From positions 7,121,244-7,185,243 of the forward strand of contig NC_057721.1 of assembly GCF_004010195.1 (NCBI RefSeq): DNA of 64,000 nt, given 5' to 3'. Made by a program: the position numbers and the translations under genes. Below are positions 1 to 12,609 of the stretch, in pieces (within the stretch, counting starts at the first letter, position 1; each line of letters begins with the position of its first letter). The stretch comes from Chiloscyllium plagiosum. Taxonomy: Eukaryota. The notes below the pieces were generated by a model. That model made no database searches, was not told the DNA's origin, and saw only the letters and a list, made by a program, of their open reading frames with translations.

Positions 1-357
1 CAAGGCGAGGGATTCAATGACAATGACAGCTCGGCCTGGTCCCAGTTTGGGATGGCTCTGATGCTGGTGACCTGAAATAAAGGCTGAAAATGATGGAAGT
101 CATCGATAGGCCTGGCAAATAGAGAAAGAGGTTTAGACATTTCAGAAATAGGATGTCTCAGTGTCCAGATTTTCTCCAGATTTGTAGTTCTTGTTGTTTG
201 GCGTATTTAATTAACTTTGCTCGAGGCTGTTGACTCCCCAGAGGCCAGTATCCCATCACTAAGTCACCTTTTATTTTACAGGTGGAGAGTCCTTGTCACT
301 GATCCAACTTCCTCAGAGTCAACTCCAAGAGTGTCAGGATGTCTAGCACTCCTGCAT

Positions 358-459
358 TTGATTTGAAGATGCCAGTGTTGGACTAGGATATACAAAAGCA
401 CTAGCTTCCAAATAAACCTGTTGGACTATAACCTGGTGTTGTGTGATTTTTAACTTTGT
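358..459. mobile_element. Short fold-back Penelope-like insertion (family A) inside the Gypsy 3' LTR
   Basis: Inverted 3'-tail piece (GAAGATGCCAGTGTTGGACT) is joined to the forward family-A terminus (AATAAACCTGTTGGACTATAACCTGGTGTTGTGTGATTTTTAACTTTGT). Flanked by the near-duplication ACTCCTGYAT at 348-357 and 460-469. Confidence 0.7.
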
Positions 460-984
460 ACTCCTGTATATATTCTGTCAGCCAGGGCTCCCTGATTGGA
501 TCAGATAAACATTCCAAATCAGTGAATTCATATTCTACGACATTCACCTGGCTGACGTTGTTACAGTTACTACAACCCTCCCTGCCTGAGTCTGAGAACA
601 TAAGGCTGTTTTATTTTGTAGCTTTTCCTGCAGTGTTTTAGCACCAGAGCAGGTTGCCCCACCTCTGCCTCTGATGCAGGTTGCACGTAACACACAGTAG
701 CTCGCCTCTTGCATCCGGAGCATCTCGGAAGAAATTAATTTTCTCTTCAGGCAGTCGAGGAGCTGGGCACATTTTGCTCCTGTGCCGTTTGTGATTTTGC
801 AGCTTTTATATAGTTCACATGCTTGTTCAGGACCATTCCACTTCACCAACTTTATTCATCACCAGACCTAACCTCGAATTCACCATGCCTATTGCCCATG
901 CAGGGCCATTCCCATGTTTCCTAAACCAAACTGCTCACTGAAGTAATCTGTCTGTCTTGCTTAATGGAATCCTCGATTTTGCCT

Positions 985-1771
985 CCGGGCAAAGGCTGAG
1001 ACAACGGATGAATGGGCACCGCACAACAAACAACAGACAGGAGGGTTCCCTCCCAGTTGGGGAACACTTCAGTGGTCCAGGACATTCAGCCTCGGACCTT
1101 CAGGTGACCATCCTCCAAGGTGGACACTCCCACACTCACACATGCCCCCCCTCACAGACTTAAGACACTCTGCACTCACTACACATACACACATACACTT
1201 TCTCACACTCACAACCCCCAACCCAGACATACACACATATACACAGACAAAGACCCACATGCACACATATATTTTGTGGGGTGAATTTGTACTTGCAGGG
1301 TTACTTTGTACTTTGCTCAAAAACTGCATGCATTCATGTAGAACTCTGAGCTCAAAAACTGCATGAATTTATGTAAAACTCCGTTATCTCACTTTTTAGA
1401 TTAGAATCAATCTAAACATCATGGTATAGACAGAGAACACAAGGGGCCAAAATCTTCAACATATTGTCTAGCTATCACCATTGTTAACAGCTAACCTAAG
1501 AATGCAAATTTTTAATGAAAAAGGTTTTGTGATTTACACATGAAAGAAGTGAAACTATCACTTTATTCTAACAGATGAAAGGCTTAACAGACAATCAATT
1601 TTTCAATGTATAATTTCAGTTACATCACACTGTAAATTCTTGCTATAAATTCTATGCGTTAGGATTGAGCCCTCCACTACCACCTGATGATGGAGCGTCG
1701 CTCCGAAAGCTAGTATGCTTCCAATTAAACCTGTTGGACTATAACCTGGTGTTGTGTGATTTTTAACTTTG
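985..1771 (+). mobile_element. Penelope-like element 3' fragment (family A): GIY-YIG C-terminus, 3' UTR and hammerhead
   Basis: The ORF at 957-1163 reads GQRLRQRMNGHR..LPVGEHFSGPGHSASDLQVTILQG, typical of the PLE endonuclease end. A CA-rich segment follows. The terminus matches the copies at 358, 35403 and 41480. Confidence 0.8.
1681..1715 (+). ncRNA. Minimal type I hammerhead ribozyme motif (PLE family A)
   Basis: cac-CUGAUGA(1684-1690)-U-GGAGC-guc-GCUCC-GAAA-GCUA-gu: conserved core, 5-bp stem II, palindromic AGCU stem III and a short stem I. Confidence 0.75.
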
Positions 1772-3365
1772 TCTTCTTTAGGTAGACATAGGAGGTGTTT
1801 GTGCTCTGTTATTATTACAAAAGATATTGGTGGAACGTCCTGATTCCAATTTTGACTGACAAATCTTCTTTCTCCACCTCGGCGTATTTATGATCTATAT
1901 TAACCTAAGTCTTGGATGCATAGACTATTGTTCTTTCCTCTCCCCATTGGGCCACCTATGTGCTAATGTTATCCCAATGCCCTATGGGAGGCATTGCATG
2001 TCAATACCTGATCTTGCTTTGGATCACAGTGTGCCAACACCCCAGAGGAAGATAGCTGTTTCTTCACTTCCCTAAAGGTTATGACTTAGCTCAGGAACCA
2101 TTTCCAAAGCTGACCCTTTAAAGAGTTGGTGCACAGGTGCCAGGATGGAAGCCAGGTTATCTATGAACTTTCCATAACAGTTCACTAACCCAAGAAAAGT
2201 CCTCAGCTCCACTACTGATGTGAATAGTGGGGCATTTTGATCACCCTCACTTTATCTTCTAACGAGTGTAACCCAATCTTGTTGACTCTTAAGCCCAAGT
2301 AGGTCACTTGGAGTGCCTGGAACACACATCTTTCCCTTTCAAGGCATATGCTTGCCTGGGAGAAATATCTAAGGACTATGTCCAAGTTCTCTAAGTGCTC
2401 CTTATTGGTCTTCCCTGTGATTAGCATAGCACATAGGTAAATGTTCTCCATCATCCACTGAAAAATTGCACAGACTGAAGATATCCCAAATGACAGCCTC
2501 ATGTATTGGTACAAAACCTTATGGGTATTTACTACAACATACTTCTGAGAATCCTCATCTAACCACAATTGCAAGTATGCATGGCTCATGTCCAGCTTCA
2601 TGAAGGATAGCCTCCCTGCGAGGTTTATGTATAAATCCTCTAAGCAAAGGATCCAGCTGTGGGAAGTGTTTGTTTAAAATCCCCACAAAGGCGATTTCAC
2701 AATCAACACAAGTAGTGCTGACCATTCTGCAAACTGGACTGATTTGATGATTCCTTCACTTTCCAGCCTTCTGATTTCGACCTCTATTTTTGTGAGTAAG
2801 GCAAATGGCACTGGGTGGGTCTTGCAGAATTGTGAAATGGCTTCCTGGTCAACATGCAAAGTGGCATTGGCTCTTTTGATAGTCCCTCGACCAGCCTGAA
2901 AATCCTCTGGGTATTTAATTACTCAGGCAGCCATTTTCTATTCAAAAAATGATGAGCAAATCTAGGTAAATCTTACTCAGCCAATTTTGCCCAATTGAGC
3001 CTGGGCCTGAGCCTTTTACTACAATCAGTGGTAACAGAACCATCTGTTTCTCATAAGAGACAGGAGCCAAAGTTGTACGCTTAATCCGTGAAGGATCCTT
3101 GTTATAGCTTCTCATTCTAGCCAAGGTCTTGTGCAAATTTACAGGTTGGAATCCAAATCAAATTTTGTTAAAGACTTGTTCTGCGATCGCTGAAATGGCT
3201 GTATCAGTATGAACCTCCATTAAGGCAAAATGACCATTTAACCAGACATTTATTTTGTTTGCTTCTGATTTTTCTGAACAATTTAACTTTTTAAAAACAC
3301 ATATAGGTGGACTATCCACGATGTGCACTCTCCTGGATACTGGCCTATGTGTTCTCTTACTCAAT

Positions 3366-4594
3366 TTAGGTCATAAGACACAGGAGCAGAAATTAGGCCA
3401 TTCAGCCAATCGGGTCTGCTCTGCCATTCAATCAAGGCTGATAAGTTTCTCAATTCCATTCTCCTGATTTCTCCCCATAACCCTTGATCCCCTTCATACT
3501 CAAGAATCTATCTCTCTCATTCTTAAATATACTCAATGACCTGGCCTCCACAGCCTCCTGTGGTAATGAATTCCATAAGTTCACCACCCTCTGGCTGAAG
3601 AAGTTTCTCTTTATCTCCAATCTAAAAGGTCTTTCCTTGACTCTCAGGCTATGCCCTCAGGTCCTAGTCTCTCTTACCAATGGAAACAACTTCCCAACGT
3701 CTACTCTGTCCAAGTCATTCAGTATTCTATATGTTTCAATTAGATCACCCCTCATCCTTCTAAAACCATTGAGTATAAATCTAGAGTTCTAGATACGTTC
3801 CTCATAAGTTAAACTTTGCATTCCTGGGACCATTTTCACGAATCTCCTCTGAACATTCCCCAGGGCCAGGACATCCTTCCTGGGATATTCAGCCCAAAAC
3901 TGCGCTCAATACCCCAAATGTGATCTGACCAGAGTTTTATAGAACATCAGAAGTACAGCCCTGCGTTTATATTCAAGTCCTCTCAAAACAAATGCCATTA
4001 TTGCCTTCCTAACCACCGACTCAACTTGCAGGTTTACCTTGAGAGAATCTTGGACTAGAACACCCAAGTCTCTTTGTACTTCAGACTTCTGAATTTCCTC
4101 CCCATTTAGAATATAGTCTATGACTCTATTCTTACTACCAAAGCGCATGATCTCACATTTTCCCATGTAGTATTTCATCTGTCACTTCTTTGCCCACTCT
4201 CCTAACCTGTCCAAATTCTTCTGCAGTCTCCCCACTGCTTCAGTGCTGTCCCTCTACCTATCTTTGTATCATCTGCAAACATAACTGGAGTGCCCTCAGT
4301 TCCTTCATCCAAATCGTTAATGTATAAAGTGAAAAGTTGCGGTCCCAACACTGAGCATTGCGGAACACCATAGTCACCAGCTACCATCCTGAGAAAGACC
4401 CTTTTATCCACACTGTCTGCTTTCTGCCAGACAGCCAAACTTCTATCTATGCTAACACCTAGCCTCTGACACCATGGGCCGCTATCTAACTCAGTGGCCT
4501 CCCGTGTGGCACCTTGTCAAAGGCCTTCTTGAATTCCAGGTAGATAACATCCGTTGGCTCTCCTTGGTCTAACCTGCTCCTTACTTCCTCAAAG
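3366..4594 (-). mobile_element. CR1/HER1-type LINE 3' fragment nested in the Gypsy element
   Basis: RT remnants [27 protein letters not shown] and KCEIMRFG..QRDLGVLV..LVRSHLGY; CR1-type 3' tail near 3366. Confidence 0.85.
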
Positions 4595-6129
4595 TCAACA
4601 TGGAATTCTTTGCTGTCTCAGATCCACATACTGGCAGCAACTATAATGGCTTGCCAACCTGGATCCTGAAGAGATTTTAACAGTTTGGCCGAGGCTTGAC
4701 TTTGTTTTAGGGTTTTGCTGGGTACTGAACTAAAGTCCTTCTGTTCAGGATATGTCCTGAGTGAAGCTATGCAATTACCTTCACTGAAGTGGTGTTCCCA
4801 ACTTCAGTCGGTCTGTCAAGGGTGTGCACTTCCATCGGAATATCCTGCAACTTACATGCTCCTTTTGCCACATTTTCCAATGATAATTTGTAGTAGTAGT
4901 CCCTGTTTGAAGTACTGTTGGGCTTCAGCTAGTAGATGATTTTGCATGGCTGCATCATTAATCCCACATATCAAACAGTCTCTCAGCATACCATTAAAGG
5001 TTAAACCAAAGTCATATGTTTCTGTCAGTCATCATACCCTAGTCAAAAATCCCAGTACGGATTTCCCCTGGTTCTCAAATTTCCATGTAAAACCAATAGC
5101 ATCACAGAATTAGAGGAGGCTCGGGGTTGTAATATTCCTTAACTAAATCAATCAACACTTGAAAGGTTTTAGAATCTGATGCCTCAGAAAGTTAGGCTTG
5201 AATTAGCCAAAAGAGCTGTGGGTCGGTAAGCTCTCAGGAGAATTACTCATTGTTTTTCCTCTGCCCCAATGTCATTAGTTTAAAAAAAAACACATTTTTT
5301 CCACACACTGGGCTGAGTCTTTGATGGCAGGAAGAAACGATTCAAGCTTCCCAAATAATGACATGATGCCAGACATGCAGAAGCGGGCCAGTTGGATAGA
5401 AGTGGAGGTTTCTGGTCACTGTAGGGGCCTGTTGCAGGCCAGATCATGATCCAATTTTGACAATTTCCCACTGGGAAAGTGACCAGTTTTCTGAAGGGAG
5501 TGAATTCAAGTGGTGCTCCCTCCTGGGAGTCTTCTGAACCTGGCAAGTCTCCCAGATTTGGTTGGGCAAAGGTTCTGTTGCTCTGCCATTGAAGGGCACG
5601 ATGTAGGCAGGGCTGTGACCCTGTCAGAATGATAACCCACCTGGGGAAGTGGACTATTTTCAGATGGGAATGAGCCCAGGCTGTGCTTCCTCCTGGGAAA
5701 CTTCCAAGCCTGCAAGTGAATTTTTCTCAGAGCTCACTGTCTTCCCTTATCGCCACTGAAATAACTGCAGAGTATCCCATCACCAAGTTAACCTTCATTT
5801 ACACATGGAGAGTCAGTAACACTGATCCAGTTCCCTCAGAGCCAGCTATCAGAGTGACCAGAACCTCTGGTACTCCCGTTTGTATCTACCAGCCAGGGCA
5901 CCCTGGTTGGGAACTGGTATTCTGAGTCCACCTGGCTGATCTGGTTACAACCACTACGGTGACTAGCAGACAAAATGAAAATTATAAATATACAGTTTTA
6001 TAAAGCACAAAAAAACGTATTCTATATTTTATTAGATCCTGGGTTGCATTCAACACAAAAAGGAAGTGATCTTGAGTTCGACAAGGCTGGGGGCATCACT
6101 GATTGGAGTGAGTGGCTAGGAGTGGGCTA

Positions 6130-6520
6130 GTTGGGCCGAACGGTCGATTCTCGCGAGCGACCCCGAGTCTCGCGCATTTCCAGCCGCCGCGCCTTCGGCA
6201 GCCGCGCACGCGCACGCGCACGAACCCACCTCCCCGCCGCGGCAGTTGTTTCAACGGTCGGCACTGACTTGGGATGGCCAGCTCGGAATGTCCCCCGGTC
6301 CGTCGACCGGCAGTTGGAGTGGGGGTTGTGGTGACCTGTCGCGAGCGGCCGGGCTGTGTCCTGCTCGGGAAAAGGAAAGGCTCAGTCGGAGCAGGTACTT
6401 ACCAGCTGCCCGGGGGCCACCTGGAGTTCGGGTACAAGTCTCCTCCGATTAATGCTTTTGTAACAAGTGCGCGATGCGCTGTGTGTGGGGGCGCACCGAT
6501 TTTTATTTTCTTGTCGGTAT
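6130..6520 (+). promoter_or_regulatory. CpG-island promoter of NUDT15 with BANP/ZBTB33-like and NRF1-like motifs
   Basis: CpG-dense stretch in an AT-rich background. TCTCGCGAGC at 6149-6158 (9/10 to TCTCGCGAGA) and TCTCGCG at 6168. (GCGCAC)3 at 6204-6221 contains YGCGCAYGCGCR. Confidence 0.7.
6274..6431 (+). CDS. NUDT15: NUDT15 (MTH2, Nudix hydrolase 15) exon 1
   Basis: [46 protein letters not shown]; 158 bp, phase-2 GT donor at 6432. Confidence 0.96.
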
Positions 6521-7609
6521 CGTAATTGGTTTCCTTTTCAGAAATGACTAACACTTCGTTGTATTCTGACTTAAGGTGTATCCAAAATGCGGCGTCTACT
6601 AGTCGCTGGAATCGGTCATTGAAACTCTGATGATTGGTCTTGACCGTTTGCTAATCTTCCCTCGCAGCAATCACATGCAAGGGAGATTGTGTCCATCCCT
6701 GAGCACCCGAACGTGCCCCCATCTGGAATGGTATTGAGTGTTGCCAACCTTGTAATCGCCCCCTCTTTTTGTTCTGTCCTCTATAACTGCAGCTACTGCA
6801 TCCTATTTCTGGAGATGATAGATGCAAAATGTTCATTTGGTGCCACAAGAGATCTCCTTCTAGGCCTACCCTTCCTTTTTATTATCCTTTTGCTATTTAT
6901 ATTTGGGATTACAGAATTGAGGGAGTTTGCACAGTCTGTGTATACTGTTGTAGTGCATCGTAATGATTTAACCATTCATACTTTTTTATTTAGCAATGAA
7001 TAATTAAGAATGGGGAGGCAAGGAGGATAGAATTCATTGCCTAATTATGGCACTGTATATTCGGCAGTCAGCTCAAGAATGACCCTGGAGCTATGATGAA
7101 GTGATCTCAGTATGTTTCGTAGTAGTAGAATACTAATTGAAGAATGTCATAGATGCAAATAAACTTAAGGGTTGGGGAAGCTCCGTGCTTCCGAAGAAGA
7201 CCCATTTGGGACTTGAGCTATTAACTGTTTCTCTCTTCACCAATGTTAACAATGGACTTCTGCAACACTTCGTTTTCATTTCCAATCTCCACTGTATTTT
7301 GCTTTTATTATCGATACAAATATTGGAACACCAACATGCTATATCTTTCAGTTTAATTTTTCTTGACTTACAGGGGCAGTAGGGGAAACGAGTGCAGTTT
7401 GACCAAAAGAAAATTAATGTGCATGGAAACAGTGGGCTGATTGGCCTCCATCTGTGCTGCAAATCTTTCAACATAAATGAAAATTTGAAATTATTCCTGG
7501 GGCCTCTTTGTTCATACCATGCAACAACTTATTTTTTAAACAGTATTTGTAAGTTTGGAAAGTTTGAGAACTTGTATCAACATGACTTATTTTTAAACTT
7601 TTTAAATAG

Positions 7610-7806
7610 AGAAAGCTGGGAAGACTGTGCTAAGCGGGAAGTTCTGGAAGAGTCAGGGCTTCACATGAAGAATATGTGCTTTGCTGCAGTTGTCAATGGT
7701 ATCAAATTAGAAGAAAATTATCACTATGTCACAATTTTCATGCAAGGAGAAGTCAATACAGATTATGATTCAGAGCCAAAGAACCTAGAACCTCAGAAAA
7801 ATGAAG
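7610..7806 (+). CDS. NUDT15: NUDT15 exon 2 (rest of the Nudix box)
   Basis: [42 protein letters not shown]; TAG acceptor 7607-7609, GTAAAT donor at 7807; 197 bp. Confidence 0.97.
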
Positions 7807-8344
7807 GTAAATTTGTAATATTAAGTTTTGAGATTTTACAAGTAACTAAAGCAAGATTGTAAATCCACTCACAGCCTTGAACCATCTTATCTCCTCATTA
7901 TTATTTCTTTCATTTAAAAAAGAGAGAATACGACCTGCTTTATAATGAAATCATTCTCTGTTGTGAGGCACTGCCAAAGAACAATGATACGTTGTATTAA
8001 CTTCTGACTTCAAGATAAAAGTAATTCTCCAGAACACATCTTTACAGCAATTCTAGCCTCAGTATTAATTTTAAAGTTACTTATAACATTAGAGTGAGTC
8101 GCTGACATATTTCTAAAGCATGTCATAATTCAGAACAAGCAGAAAATTTTGCTGGAGTATTTTCTCCCATTGCATTAATCGTTCTGTGCAGAAATGCTTC
8201 ATTTGTAAACTCGCCAAAGGAAGCAGTTTAAATTAAACTGTGAAAATATTTTCATGTGTAGTAATGATATAAAGATATATTTATGTTGATTCTTCCCACA
8301 CTGATTTGCACATGAATCTGTCTGGAACTTGGAGTTGAGTTGAA

Positions 8345-9050
8345 TGCTTCATTTTTTTAAAAGAAATTCCTCATGGGACATGGGCAACACTGACTGGGCC
8401 ACTATTTATTGCTCATCCCTATTTGCCCTTCAGAAGATGGTGGTGAAACTGCCTTCTTGAAACGGTGCTGTCATGTGCTGTAGGTAAACACACAATGCCC
8501 ATATGGAGGGAATTCAGAACTTTGACCCAGCAACAGTAAAGGAATGGCAATATATTTGTAAGTCAGGATTATGAATGGTTTGAAGGGGAACTTGGTGTTC
8601 CCATGTATCTACTGCCCTTGATCTTCTAGATGGAAGTGGTCATGGGTTTGGAAGATGCTGTAAAGATCTTCGGTGAATTTCCGCAGTGCATCTTGTAGAT
8701 GGTACACGCTGCTCTACTGAGTGCGTTGGTTATGGAGGGAATGGATGCTTATGGAGGTGAAGCCAGTCAAGCAGTTTGCTTTATTCTGGATGGTGTCGAG
8801 CTCTTTGAGTGTTATTGGACCTGCACCAGGCAAGTGGGGAGTTATTACCATCACATTCCTGAATTTTGCCTTGTAGATGGTGGACAGGCTTTGGGGAATC
8901 AGGTGAGTTACTCACTACAGTATTCCTTGTGTCTGATCTGCTGTTGTAGCCATTATGTTGATATGGTGAGTCCAGTTAGGTTTCTGGTCAATGATAACCC
9001 CGAGGATGTTAATAGTGGGGATTCAGTGATGGTAACACAATTGAATGTCA
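8345..9050 (-). mobile_element. CR1-clade LINE 3' fragment (second family) in NUDT15 intron 2
   Basis: Terminus CATGGGACATGGGC..CTGGGCC..TTTATTGCTCATCCCTATTTGCCCTT is related to the copies at ~21610-21955 (+) and ~51470-51810 (-). Confidence 0.6.
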
Positions 9051-9890
9051 ATTTTCATGTATTCTGAGTATTCTCAAAGTGAGGGTTGAGTCACAAGCTG
9101 ATTCTTTGGGGAGTTGAGCTCCTCTGCAACATTTGTTGACTCCTGTCTCCCTTCTCTCATGGGTCTCCTCCTCTACCGCCATCACTCAAGTCTCAAGCTA
9201 GGTCACAGTGGGAAAATATTTGGGAAGCATGGGTATGTTCGTTTTTCCAATATTTTGTGTTGCACAAACACATTGCTAGGATTTAGGCATACAAAACTGA
9301 CTCCAAAGATGAATGTATGATTAGTTAAATGCAATATTGTCCTAAATGTTGTTCTACTTTGTTTTTATTGCATCACACCATGAGGGTTTTATGCAGCAAA
9401 AAGTGTGGTGAAATAGAATGTGATATGATTTTGTTTGAAGCAGCAATTTCTGTCAGTTCAACTACAAATATCTTGTCAGTTACTTGTTTCACCAAGTAAT
9501 GATTATCTTGAGTGACTCTTTGGGATCAAGATGGTTTCAGAATGACTCATCCAACAACTGGAGTATGGAATCACATACATTTTTCCACTGGAGACTTGAT
9601 AACTCTTAAATAATGGAGCAATATTTGCAATTTTCAATCTATAGAGATTACCCTACTCACATTGGCCAGATTGGAATCGTATAAATGGGTGTAGAGGTTG
9701 CGATAGTTTGAATTTGAAACTTAGAGTTTCTGTTTATTCGTGGACATAAAGAATCTTGTATCAGTTGTTTCAGCATCAAATCTGAAAACCATAGAACTTG
9801 GGCTTTCGTAATACCTTTCATCGAGTCTTTCCCATCCAATTAAGTACCTGTTTAGAACATAAGTTTCACATGAGCCTGTCTTTATTCTAG

Positions 9891-10018
9891 GTTGGGAGTG
9901 GACCAAGTGGGAAGACTTACCACCAGCAGATGAGCTATTTTGTCCTTTAGCACGTGTAAGACAAGTTTATCATCCTTTTGAAGAAAAACCTAAAAATGCT
10001 GCTGCAAATCACTATTAA
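9891..10018 (+). CDS. NUDT15: NUDT15 exon 3 (to stop codon)
   Basis: TTTATTCTAG acceptor, then (G)WEWTKWEDLPPADELFCPLARVRQVYHPFEEKPKNAAANHY-TAA. Total CDS is 158+197+128=483 bp. This exon is absent from the supplied ORF track. Confidence 0.95.
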
Positions 10019-10149
10019 ATGGCAATCTTTCTCATAATTGTCTATAGTTAAATACATTGTTCCAAGATGTGTAGAATCACAAATTATGGTTTTGAATTGG
10101 AAGATCAGTACAACTGATTTTAATTATGAAGGTATATGTTAACAAATAT

Positions 10150-10155
10150 AATAAA
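10150..10155 (+). terminator. Candidate NUDT15 polyadenylation signal
   Basis: First AATAAA after the stop codon, about 130 nt downstream. Confidence 0.5.
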
Positions 10156-11484
10156 CAGTCATTTGAACTAGGCCTATGTGCATCTCCCACATTTAAATAG
10201 TATACATAAAAATGATATTAAATAAGTAAATACAAACTATTGAGATGTATTTTTATGTTAAAAATATATACCAAAAAAATTGCTTGGGGAAAATAAATTG
10301 TATTTGAAATTCTCCACCTGTGATGTTTAGTTATGTAGCAGTTGATGCCATGTTTGTGGTTTATGTTCTATAAACTCCCAACATATTCTTTGTATAACAT
10401 GTGTTTTTTGCTGGTACTTTCTTTGAAAATAATGGGAATTAAGGGGAGGTATTTGCCAATCTAATTTATTCCTTTGATTTTGTCCATTATGAATACTCAC
10501 TCATTGGCACTACTGCCCTGATTCTTTGCACACCCTTCAGTAATATATAAGGTTACATTCTGAACCATATTTTAGTTTAGTTCTATTCCCCTCCATTATC
10601 AAGAAAAGCCCTACTAATTATGCATTCCCCTGAAAGTCCACTCATTTTGGTTGTCTGTAGCCACTCAATTAACATTAGTTTGAATTTGTGCCTCAAATTT
10701 AAATTTTTACCAGCGCATTCACAAATGGTCTGGCATGTCATGGAGCAGTTTTTAGTATTTGTTTCTGGATTGGAAGAGCTTTCCATTTTACAGAAAGAAC
10801 TAGCTTTCTCTTGATTTAATGAGCCCTGCAACAGTGTACATTCTGCAACATCTGGAGTTCTTGTTGCATTTTTGCTTTATCATCATGTCATAGCATCAGG
10901 AACACAGTCTTGCCTCATGCAAGGAAGGCTGTAGAATTAGTTCTTGTTAGAATTAAAATACAATGTGATTGTTATTTTGGTTCCTTGTGAAACATTTGCA
11001 TGAATAACAAAGCTTAAGAAGTCCTTCCATGACTGAGTAGGTAAATACACCAAATTTTCTAACATCAAACCATTGGGAGTCCCAGATACACTTATTGTAT
11101 AACTGAAGTTGAAACCAATGTTAGCCAAGACTGCAACTTCTATCTGCTAAGTTGACACGCGAGCAATTACCATTTAGCATATGTATATTGTAATGGTAAA
11201 TTGGAGAATATTAAAAATACTTGACAAATGAGCATTATGTGGCTGAATGTATGCATTTGTAAAAGTTATGTATGCATTTGTATTCTTTACCCTACTACAT
11301 TGAAACTGTGGCTCTCTCCTGCTTTTAGTATTGAACTTGCAATATTATTTACAGTAAAATTGAGTGTCGAATTGCTGGGAGCTTGCCCACAAATTCACTT
11401 CAAGCAAAATTTTGGAAAGCTGAGAAGTTCTTAAGTAACCTGATCTACCTACAAATGAAAAAGTGACACATTTATCCCAGCTTG

Positions 11485-11775
11485 GGCAATCAAGGACTAG
11501 AGGGCATCAGTTTAAGGTTAGAGGGTAAAGAATAAAAGGGAATCTGAGGGGCAACTTTTTTTACACAGAGGGTGGTACACATATGCCAACGGAAGTAGTT
11601 GAGGGAGGTACATTAACAACATTTACAAGGCATTTGAACAAATACATGGATAAGAAAGGTTTAAAAGCATATGGGTCAAGTGCAGGGAAATGGGTTAGCT
11701 TGGAGAGACCTTCTGGTCGGCATGGACCAGTTTGGGCCACGGCCTGTCACCATGCTATCGGACTCCATGACTCTA
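11485..11775 (+). mobile_element. CR1/HER1 LINE 3' end
   Basis: ACTAGAGGGCATCAGTTTAAGGT..TTTTACACAGAGGGTGGTA..GGACCAGTTTGGGCC..GACTCCATGACTCTA tail. Confidence 0.75.
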
Positions 11776-12609
11776 AACGTGAACAATGTCTTCATTTTTC
11801 AATTTGTTCACAACTTGCCCTTGTACAGTAAAAATCATTGAAAAATGTTGAAGTTAGCTCTGGAAAAACTCAAAGGTTACTACTTAGTGGTCTGTCTTTT
11901 TTAGAGTCTGCCCTGTCATTAATGTGGTCAAACGTATTTTCATGTTACAACACAAGATCCCACACTATCTCTCACGCTTCAGCTAAAGAAACAGCAGATC
12001 GAACACTCATCAATAATCTTCCTTTTCTTCCATTGATACATCTTGTCTAATTTCCTCATCCATGCTCCAAAATCAGGCAGTCATCCAGGTGGCTTTGTAG
12101 CCTCATATTGCATGGGTAATGACTTAAAAGGTGCAGAGTGGCTTCTCGTACTTCAGTCACATGAAACTGTAGCTTTTCAGTGGCATCTAGATTGGTGCAG
12201 ACCATACCATTGACATGTTTCTTGATTCACTTTCCACCATTAAACGTTCAATTTTTAAAAAGAAATCTGGTAAAATCATGGTATACATTTCATATTATAC
12301 ATTTCTTGGTGCAATCTCAGAGGACATGAGATGACTTTGTACTCATCACAGCAAGTTTATCCATGAGTTTTCACTCTGGCCCAACTCTACTTCAATTGGT
12401 TGGCATAGTTTACTGACAAGTGTGAGAGTGTGGCTAATCCAGAGTTACTAGTCAAGAAGTTTGGTTTCTCATGGGCATCCTTCTGTTTTTTGTATTGTGC
12501 CAGCAGAAATGGCTGATAACAAAATTCCAGGTGTGAAGTTATTGGAATTTGACTTAATGCAATTTCTCTATATATACTCAGTACAATGCATGAAGCATGT
12601 GTTAATCTT

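Larger units (their letters stand above)
230..5958 (-). mobile_element. Decayed full-length Gypsy/Ty3-type LTR retrotransposon with nested insertions
   Basis: Two diverged LTR copies (~230-574 and ~5757-5958) share AGTATCCCATCAC, CACTGATCCA, CAGCCAGGGC and CACCTGGCTGA blocks. A PBS-like TGGCGATAAG lies at 5746-5755 (-) and a purine tract at 575-590 (-). gag starts MSLFGKLESF at ATG 5364 (-). Protease remnant MEVHTDTAISAI (3158-3364); RT remnants PVPFALL..IIKSVQFAEWSA and KLDMSHAYLQL..RLSFGISS..IFQ (2212-2859). Many stops and frameshifts. Confidence 0.85.

Noticed and set aside
7392-7862. 156-aa ORF as a single-exon Nudix gene
   Set aside because: Homology is limited to exon 2 (7610-7806), which is bounded by AG and GT; the flanks are intronic.
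10400-12600. AT-rich, apparently unique DNA between NUDT15 and MED4 as a hidden gene or conserved element
   Set aside because: There is no recognisable protein motif or exon chain, and conservation cannot be judged without alignments.
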